From assembly GCA_001784615.1 (NCBI GenBank), contig MFRQ01000025.1, positions 7,568 through 71,567 on the forward strand: 64,000 bases of DNA, in the 5' to 3' direction. The stretch comes from Candidatus Melainabacteria bacterium RIFOXYA2_FULL_32_9. GTDB taxonomy: Bacteria; Cyanobacteriota; Vampirovibrionia; Gastranaerophilales; UBA9579. A model generated the notes under the pieces. That model was not told where the DNA came from. It did not search any database and saw nothing but the letters and a program-made list of their open reading frames with translations. This document shows positions 57,621-64,000 of this stretch, in pieces (position 1 is the stretch's first letter; the number at the start of each line of letters is the position of its first letter). The position numbers were made by a program, and so were the translations under genes.

Positions 57621-57649
57621 AAAAAATGAGGTTTAGACCTCATTTTTTA
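57621..57649. terminator. Bidirectional rho-independent terminator
   Basis: aaaaaatgaggt-ttag-acctcatttttt. Confidence 0.8.
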
Positions 57650-57661
57650 TTTGTTTAGAAT

Positions 57662-58093
57662 TTATTCTATTATTTCACCTGTTACTGTATCAAATTTATC
57701 TTTTTTTAAGAGATTGTTAATTAAATCTGCACTAAATATCTTATCTAAAAAAGAATGCTTAAGAGTAAAAGCTTTCCATTTTTCAGCTTTATTCAAACAT
57801 TTGCTAAGTTTATCATTATCTTTCATAGAAGGATTTCTAGGTAGTTTAGCTCTACAATCTCTCTCAACCCCTAAAAGTTCCTCATGTGCTTTTCTGAATT
57901 CTGCTATATCTTCTCTTCCTGTTGCAACATATGCTTTTACTTCAGGTTTTCTTTCTCTAACCTTAAGATTTATTTCAAAATAAGTTGGAACTTTTTTTTC
58001 TTTATTAGTTTTAACAATAGAAGTTAAAGAATCTTGCGCTTCGTTTAAACCCCCATTAATTATATAAAACCCTTTAAAACTTATAGGATTCAT
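57662..58093 (-). CDS. Hypothetical protein (143 aa)
   Basis: Good SD (AAGGAAGGG) upstream. N-terminus MNPISFKGFY. No recognised domain. The antisense ORF 57651..57983 is rejected. Confidence 0.55.
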   Translation of the reverse strand: MNPISFKGFYIINGGLNEAQDSLTSIVKTNKEKKVPTYFEINLKVRERKPEVKAYVATGREDIAEFRKAHEELLGVERDCRAKLPRNPSMKDNDKLSKCLNKAEKWKAFTLKHSFLDKIFSADLINNLLKKDKFDTVTGEIIE

Positions 58094-58273
58094 TTTATCC
58101 CTTCCTTTTTATTTTTTAAATTAAATAAATACCTTATTATAAAAATAAACCTAAACAAAAAAAATATTGATATCAATAAAAAACAAATTTTTATAAATTT
58201 TTTAATGAAAGACTATTATCTGATGTGTTATACTTTAAAACGTTTATTTTGAGATTTATTAGGAATCTAAAAT

Positions 58274-59218
58274 TTGAATTTAGTTAATACAAAAAAAAGA
58301 GCAGCTTTTTTATCCATAATTTCAAACACTTTTCTTATAATTGCAAAGCTTTTTGTAGGCATAATTTCAGGTAGTGTTAGTATAATTTCAGAAGCAGTAC
58401 ATTCATTTACTGATTTACTTGCATCTATATTAGCTTTTTATTCTGTTAAAATTTCATCTGAACCTGCTGACACCGAACATCAATACGGTCATGAGAAATT
58501 TGAGGATTTATCAGGCGGGGTTGAAGGTGTTTTAATACTTGTTGCTGCTGCTTATATTATTTATGAGGCTTTGGAAAAAATAAAAGGTAGTTCAATAGAA
58601 TCATTAAATACAACCGCCGGTATTGTAGTTATGTTTGCTTCAGTAATTATTAATACTTTTGTAAGTGCTCATTTAATTAAAATATCTAAAAAAACTGATT
58701 CCATTGCTTTACTAGCAGATGCACAACATTTGAGAGCTGATGTTTATACTTCTTTAGGAGTTTTATTAGGTTTAATAATAATAAAATTTACCGGTTTATT
58801 CGTCCTTGACCCATTAATAGCTATAATTATAGCTGTATTTATCATAAAAACAGGTTATGATCTTACTAAAACTGCGGTTAAAAATCTTCTCGATACTTCA
58901 TTGCCTGAAAACGAAAGAAAAATTATTGAAAGTACTATTAAAAAATATATACCTGAAGAGGCCATTAAATTTCAGGGCTTTAAAACCAGAAAAGCCGGAG
59001 CTAAAAGATTAATTGAGTTTACACTTACTGTACCAACAAATCTAACCATAAAAGAAGGTCATGACCTTTGCGATAAAATTGAAGAAGATCTTGAAAAAAA
59101 GATTAAAAATATCGATGTAACTATTCATCTTGAACCATGTAATGGTACCTGCTCTGAATGTATTTTGTATCATAAAGACTCTTTAGCTTGTCATAAATTG
59201 AAAGTTAAGAAAAGATGA
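58274..59218 (+). CDS. Cation diffusion facilitator (CDF) family metal transporter
   Basis: 314 aa. SEAVHSFTDL and HLRADVYTS motifs (TM2/TM5 metal site). Cytoplasmic C-terminal domain plus a Cys/His-rich tail (CNGTCSECILYH...CH). Confidence 0.85.
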   Translation: MNLVNTKKRAAFLSIISNTFLIIAKLFVGIISGSVSIISEAVHSFTDLLASILAFYSVKISSEPADTEHQYGHEKFEDLSGGVEGVLILVAAAYIIYEALEKIKGSSIESLNTTAGIVVMFASVIINTFVSAHLIKISKKTDSIALLADAQHLRADVYTSLGVLLGLIIIKFTGLFVLDPLIAIIIAVFIIKTGYDLTKTAVKNLLDTSLPENERKIIESTIKKYIPEEAIKFQGFKTRKAGAKRLIEFTLTVPTNLTIKEGHDLCDKIEEDLEKKIKNIDVTIHLEPCNGTCSECILYHKDSLACHKLKVKKR

Positions 59219-59248
59219 AGTAATCACATATTACTTATAGAAAGTCAA

Positions 59249-59289
59249 AATAAAGAGAACTGGTTTATAATAAACCAGTTCTCTTTATT
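59249..59289. terminator. Bidirectional rho-independent terminator (19-bp stem)
   Basis: aataaagagaactggttta-taa-taaaccagttctctttatt, between convergent genes. Confidence 0.8.
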
Positions 59290-59301
59290 AAATTAAGTCT
59301 A

Positions 59302-61017
59302 TTAATATAAAGGTTGTAAATTTGGTTCATGTTGAGGAATTTTACCTTCTTGAATTGGAGTATACACTCTATAATCTATTTCTGAGAATGGATTATCTAC
59401 TGATTCAATATAGGTTAGACCTTCTTCATCAATGTTATTGTTTTCAATCATACTGGCAATACGCTCAAAGTTTTCCTGATGCTTTCTGAATCTTTCAACA
59501 GCATAATCTCTAGCTTGCCAGGTTGTTACTAAGAATGGCCAGTCACTACTTTGTACTAGCAGATTTTCTCTTGCAGCTTGATTTAAAGCTCTTAGCAATA
59601 ATTTATCTTGTGGAATTACAGGATATTTAGCTGCAAGGTTTTGCATTCTTTTCTCACATGCATGAATAATTGGCCACATCCATTCTGTTTGATGATTTCT
59701 CCAGACCCAAAAGTGTCCACCTTGACCCCAAGAACTTTCAGGTAAGGAAATAGCAGCTGTTGGTGGGTTTTTATCAAGGTATTCACTTGCAGTTTGTCTA
59801 TTTATACCTTCCATATATTTATGGAATTTAGTAATAACTTGTTTAATAAATTCAACACCTTCAAACCACCAGTGTCCAAACAATTCTGTATCAAATGATA
59901 CCATTATTAGACCTTCTTTACCGGTAGCTTTTTTATGATCATTAAGCATATGATAAACAAAATTTGTATAGTGATCAGAGTTTTCATTGATTCTTGACAT
60001 AGCTAACACTGGATCATATAACATTTTATCGCCAAGATCTGTGCTTGGACTTGTAATTCTCCAGTAATGCATACCGGAATTATCATCTTTTTTATGGAAT
60101 TCTCTATAACAGCCATCACCAGGATAACCATCAGCCGCAGACCATACTTGGTAGCCAGCTCTGTCATTTCTACCCATTACAGCTACTTGAGCATCCGGCA
60201 ACCAGTAAGCTTCATGTGTTGATAAACCTGTAGCTGGTCTTGGCGGTAATGGAATATATTCAATATTTCCATATACACCTATTGATCTTCTTGTTCCAAC
60301 TGAAACTCCACCTTCAATTTGATGAGATTCTACGAAGAAATATTCTATACCATTGTTTTGCATAGCCACTTCAACAGCAGGTCTCCAATATTTTGTACCT
60401 TCGGGTGTAGTTACTTCATATCCAGGCCTGTAAGCACATTCTGGAAGCCATGCTCCTCTTGGTTTGCGACCAAATAATCTCTTAGTAGTATCAGATCCGA
60501 CTTTAAATTGAGCATTTAAGGATGAATCTGTCTCTAATAAAGGAGAAAATCCGTGAGTTGCACCTGATGTTGTAATTTCTATACAACCTAAATCCTGATA
60601 TTTTTTAAAGTTACCTATTAAGTCTCTTTTATATCTATTCAGGAAACTGTCTTTAATATTTGTATACCAGTCATAGTAGTACTTGGCTAGGTATTTTAAA
60701 TGTTGAGAATGAGCAACACTATCATTTGGATAGCGATTTAAATCTTCTGATACTGATTCAATTCTTGAATCTAAATATTTAACAAAGCCGTCTTTAAGAT
60801 GCTCGTCATTAAGTTGTTCAGCAAGAATAGGTGTTATTCCCACTGTTAATTTAGCTTTTATACCTTCTTCATAAAGATCGCCGATCACATTGAGAAGCGG
60901 TATATAAGTCTCAGCCATACATTCATATAGGTTTTCTTCGCCAAAGGGCCACATTCCAGCTTTTCTATAATATGGGAGGTGGCTATGTAACATAAATACA
61001 AAAGAACCGATCGACAT
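59302..61017 (-). CDS. Glycoside hydrolase family 57 protein (alpha-glucan branching enzyme-like)
   Basis: 571 aa. N-terminal FVFMLHSHLPYYRKAG...WPFGEENLYECMAETYIPLL and FDTELFGHWWFEG motifs, characteristic of GH57 branching enzymes. Confidence 0.8.
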   Translation of the reverse strand: MSIGSFVFMLHSHLPYYRKAGMWPFGEENLYECMAETYIPLLNVIGDLYEEGIKAKLTVGITPILAEQLNDEHLKDGFVKYLDSRIESVSEDLNRYPNDSVAHSQHLKYLAKYYYDWYTNIKDSFLNRYKRDLIGNFKKYQDLGCIEITTSGATHGFSPLLETDSSLNAQFKVGSDTTKRLFGRKPRGAWLPECAYRPGYEVTTPEGTKYWRPAVEVAMQNNGIEYFFVESHQIEGGVSVGTRRSIGVYGNIEYIPLPPRPATGLSTHEAYWLPDAQVAVMGRNDRAGYQVWSAADGYPGDGCYREFHKKDDNSGMHYWRITSPSTDLGDKMLYDPVLAMSRINENSDHYTNFVYHMLNDHKKATGKEGLIMVSFDTELFGHWWFEGVEFIKQVITKFHKYMEGINRQTASEYLDKNPPTAAISLPESSWGQGGHFWVWRNHQTEWMWPIIHACEKRMQNLAAKYPVIPQDKLLLRALNQAARENLLVQSSDWPFLVTTWQARDYAVERFRKHQENFERIASMIENNNIDEEGLTYIESVDNPFSEIDYRVYTPIQEGKIPQHEPNLQPLY

Positions 61018-61382
61018 TTTCTTTCCTCCAAGTTTTTTGGATTTTTTCTGTTTTTGTTTGGACTACTATTTTTACTTACAAATAGAATTTACCACAAAAA
61101 TAAAACAATGCGTACCTAAAAGTATATTTTTTTTGTTTTTTTTAGACATAAACTGAAATCTAGTTATTGTGAATCAAATTTATTATGTTTAATTTGTCTT
61201 TTAGACTATTGTTTGCCTCACAATTTTGTTTTATAAAGAGTATGTTTACTAAACTATCAGTTTAATATCTTTTTTAGATAAATCTGCTACTTCAAGAAAA
61301 CCAAAAATATAAGAAAAAAGCAATATTAAGCATGTAGTAGAGCAAGAATTCTTAACTCAAATAAAAATTTCAGAGAATTAAT

Positions 61383-62078
61383 ATGAGTAAAATTATCAAT
61401 AAAATTGACAAAAAAATAATTGTATCATGCCAAGCAAGTTCTGGAGAACCTTTTCATGAAAATAATTGCTTAATGGCAATGGTAAAGTCTGTTATCTCTG
61501 GGGGAGCCTTAGGACTTAGACTTGCCGGATCAAATGACATTAAAGAAGCAAGGAGGTTTACAGATTTACCAATCATTGGTATAACTAAACCTGATCCTTT
61601 GCCGGAAAATTGGAAAAACGTTGTTTATATCACAGTTGACTTTAATGATGCTAAGTCTATTGCTGAAGCAGGAGCAGATATAATAGCTTTAGATGGTACT
61701 TCAAGACAAAGACCTAAAGAAAATCTGGCTGAATTAATATACAGGATTAAGACTGAATTAAATTGTTTAGCTATGGCTGATGTATCAACCTTAGAAGAAG
61801 GGTTAATGTGCAAGCTTTTTGGAGTTGATATTATTTCTACAACCCTTTCCGGTTACACTACCTATACTTTAGATAAAAATAGTGATGAACCTGATTTCGA
61901 ATTGTTAAAAAATTTGGTAAAGATGGCTGATTGTCCTATAATTTTAGAGGGAAGAGTTTGGACTCCTGAACACGTTAAAACTGCCTTTAATTTAGGAGCT
62001 CATGCTGTTGTAATAGGATCAGCAATTACAAGACCTCATTTAATAACAAAAAGATTTATCAATTTAAGTCTGGAATAA
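61383..62078 (+). CDS. nanE: N-acetylmannosamine-6-phosphate 2-epimerase
   Basis: 231 aa. IVSCQA..GEP, GIR-type and IIGITK motifs; C-terminal EGR...VVIGSAITRP. Confidence 0.8.
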   Translation: MSKIINKIDKKIIVSCQASSGEPFHENNCLMAMVKSVISGGALGLRLAGSNDIKEARRFTDLPIIGITKPDPLPENWKNVVYITVDFNDAKSIAEAGADIIALDGTSRQRPKENLAELIYRIKTELNCLAMADVSTLEEGLMCKLFGVDIISTTLSGYTTYTLDKNSDEPDFELLKNLVKMADCPIILEGRVWTPEHVKTAFNLGAHAVVIGSAITRPHLITKRFINLSLE

Positions 62079-62106
62079 CATAAAAATAGTTGAGGGTTTG
62101 ACAAAA

Positions 62107-63075
62107 ATGGATAATAGAGAGTCGATTTCAATAGGAATAGATATTGGCGGTACAAAAATTAGTGCAGCTGCTGTTAATAATGGTCAAATAATCAGTGAGG
62201 TTTTATCTTTTGGAACACCTAATAACATAGAAGGTATAGTAAATACTATTTTTGAAGCTATAGAAATACTAAAAGATCAATATAATGCTAAATTTGTTGG
62301 TATTGCTACAGCTGGAACAGTCAATCTAGACAATTCAAGGGTTACCGGTTCCACTGGTAATTTACCTAAAGGTTATAATACCATTGAGTTTAAGAAAATA
62401 ATTGAAGAAAAATATGGTCTTAAAACACTTATTGAAAATGATGCTAATGCTGCAGGATATGCTGAGTATAAAATTGGCAACGCTAAAGGTGATAGAAATA
62501 CTGTAGTTCTTACACTTGGAACTGGTATAGGTGGTGGAGTTATAGTAGATGGAAAACTTCTAAAGGGCAAATCCGGTGGTGCTGCTGAATGTGGTCATAT
62601 TCCTATTATTTGGGGTAAGAAAAGATCTTGCACTTGTGGTGGCTGGGATTGCTGGGAAGCTTATGCTTCAGGCACTGGTTACGCAAAAAATGCTCAGGAA
62701 ATGGCTAGAGAAATTCCTCCTGAAGAAAGAACGGGCTTATTAAAAGATAAAAATCCTGAAGATTTAACTACTTATGATATTATCGAAGGCTTAAGTGTCG
62801 GTGATTCTTTTGCTAAAAAAGTTCACGATCATTGGGAAGAATTGGTTGTTTTGGGATTAGTAGCTTATTCTAATATATTTGATCCTGATAGCATAATTCT
62901 TAGTGGTGGTATGGCTAAGTTTGTAACTTTTGAAAAAGTAGAAAAAGAATTAAATGAAAGAATTGTTGTCCCCTATGTAAAAGTTCTTCATGCTAAAGCT
63001 GAAAACTATGCAGGCATAATAGGTGCAGCTATTCTAGCTACTGAAAAGTTTGAATCTAACATATATATTTCATAA
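62107..63075 (+). CDS. ROK-family sugar kinase (ManNAc kinase/glucokinase-like)
   Basis: IGIDIGGTK ATP-binding motif. ROK zinc motif GHIPI...CTCGGWDCWEAYASG. Adjacent to nanE. Confidence 0.8.
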   Translation: MDNRESISIGIDIGGTKISAAAVNNGQIISEVLSFGTPNNIEGIVNTIFEAIEILKDQYNAKFVGIATAGTVNLDNSRVTGSTGNLPKGYNTIEFKKIIEEKYGLKTLIENDANAAGYAEYKIGNAKGDRNTVVLTLGTGIGGGVIVDGKLLKGKSGGAAECGHIPIIWGKKRSCTCGGWDCWEAYASGTGYAKNAQEMAREIPPEERTGLLKDKNPEDLTTYDIIEGLSVGDSFAKKVHDHWEELVVLGLVAYSNIFDPDSIILSGGMAKFVTFEKVEKELNERIVVPYVKVLHAKAENYAGIIGAAILATEKFESNIYIS

Positions 63076-63118
63076 GAATATTTATTGATGGTATATATTT
63101 AAGTGATAATCTATCGCT

Positions 63119-63175
63119 GTCATCCCGAAGCATTAAGTAAGGTTAATATTTCAAGTATCATAGAGGTTCGGGATC
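63119..63175. repeat. Hairpin-repeat L arm with enlarged loop (ATCCCGAA/TTCGGGAT stem variant)
   Basis: GTCATCCCGAAGC...GAGGTTCGGGATCT. Confidence 0.7.
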
Positions 63176-63483
63176 TTTCCAGATATGCTAAGGACGCAAT
63201 AAAAAATACTTACGCATTTTTTATTGCTCGATTATTTGCTGGTTATAAGAAGTGCCAAAGGCACATATATAAGTACACGTTGAAATAGTTTAAGGACTTT
63301 AATAGTGTGACTGAGTCACCTACAAAAATACCTATTGGATTTTTCATCAAAATCCATAAGTATTTTTTACGCTGTCCTTAATAAGTGTAAACTGGCAAGA
63401 TGTTGACAAGATTATAACTTAGTATTGACGATTTATGCTTCAGCATGACAATCTCTTTAAGTTTTTACTACTACCAAATATTT

Positions 63484-64000
63484 TTATTCTTTTACCGCCA
63501 TTAAAATTAGTCCGAAATTGTCTTTGAAATCGACAGGCTGTATTGTTATACTTCTGCCGTAATTTATATAGTCTTTGTTTGAAATAGGATTTTTCCAGCT
63601 TGTTTTATTCTCAAATGGCATTTCTGAAATATCAATATTTAAATCGTTATTCAAACCATTTCTTGTCATTATAACAATTACACAGTTAGAATCATTGATA
63701 TATCTAGCATAAGCATATATTTTATTTTCGTTATCAACTAGTAATGTTAAAAGTGGAGCATTAATAAGGCAAGAATTATTATCTCGTAAGTCTATAAGGT
63801 CTTTATAGAGATTAAATATAGATGCTTCATTGTTATAATGTAATAAATCATCAAAAACATCCCACCTCATAGTAGCCCTGTTATCAGGATCACTACCTCC
63901 TAACATTCCAAGCTCATCTCCATAGTAAATAGTCGGAGCGCCAGGAAGCGTAAACTGCATAATTAATGCTGCTTTTAATTTTCTATCATCTTTTAATACT
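63484..64000 (-). CDS. GH13 alpha-amylase family protein, C-terminal part (gene continues beyond the window)
   Basis: Frame is open upstream of the listed Met (…VLKDDRKLKAALIMQFTLPGAPTIYYGDELGM = conserved region IV context), followed by a C-terminal beta-sandwich domain. Confidence 0.8.
   Translation of the reverse strand, partial: VLKDDRKLKAALIMQFTLPGAPTIYYGDELGMLGGSDPDNRATMRWDVFDDLLHYNNEASIFNLYKDLIDLRDNNSCLINAPLLTLLVDNENKIYAYARYINDSNCVIVIMTRNGLNNDLNIDISEMPFENKTSWKNPISNKDYINYGRSITIQPVDFKDNFGLILMAVKE

Noticed and set aside
63160-63175. tRNA T-arm-like GGTTCGGGATC, suggesting a tRNA or tmRNA fragment.
   Set aside because: It is the 3' half of the closing stem of a hairpin-repeat L arm (pairs with ATCCCGAA at 63122-63129). 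There is no acceptor, D or anticodon arm around it.
61383-64000. nanE + ROK kinase + GH13/GH57 as a novel sialic-acid or glycogen system.
   Set aside because: nanE-nanK pairing and GH57/GH13 glycogen-metabolism genes are ordinary. No nanA or nanT is present in the window to make a stronger statement.

Overview
AT-rich (judged by eye, not computed) bacterial chromosomal window, densely coding on both strands. Core genes: folC (5'-truncated), pheS/pheT, serS, xerD-like recombinase, gyrB, pyk, dnaA, secD/secF, sppA, pilT, a Ski2-like helicase, a TVGYG K+ channel, a CNT nucleoside transporter and a CDF transporter. Carbohydrate genes: GH57, a GH13 fragment at the 3' edge, nanE plus a ROK kinase, PMM/PGM and two ABC sugar permeases. 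Gene content (LdpA-like Fe-S protein, GH57, Ski2-like helicase, PilT/TadE-like) would fit a non-photosynthetic cyanobacterial relative (Melainabacteria-like), but taxonomy cannot be settled from this window. No rRNA, tRNA or CRISPR array was found. Main observations: (1) at 12.6-16.35 kb, two paralogous small peptides with a conserved N-terminal 'leader' and divergent C-termini, each behind a duplicated promoter/5'UTR/SD module, bracket a 621-aa B12-binding radical SAM enzyme with an atypical Cx4Cx2C motif and a 364-aa low-complexity zinc-ribbon protein; this is a candidate uncharacterised RiPP-like locus. (2) A family of structured hairpin repeats (GTCAT-stem...stem'-ATCT and its inverse ...GCAATGAC) fills many intergenic regions. 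Its stems covary, one copy sits inside an ABC-permease operon, and copies flank a decayed GIY-YIG nuclease gene, which suggests a REP/RAYT-like repeat-nuclease relationship. (3) A second repeat family has a 15-bp palindrome (GGTGATAATATCACC); two copies supply near-identical 5' leaders and SD sequences to unrelated genes. (4) A ~193-bp MITE-like foldback element carries 15-bp terminal inverted repeats. (5) An ORF6N (phage KilA-N-like) gene is inserted between pheS and pheT. (6) A glycan-modification cluster (GT2-GtrA-TPP enzyme-aldolase-SDR-FeS) may make a branched or unusual sugar. (7) A small accessory islet next to dnaA holds an HsdR_N-domain protein, the GIY-YIG pseudogene and an XRE/operator switch. 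All functional calls rest on motif and family recognition by eye; no database searches were run.
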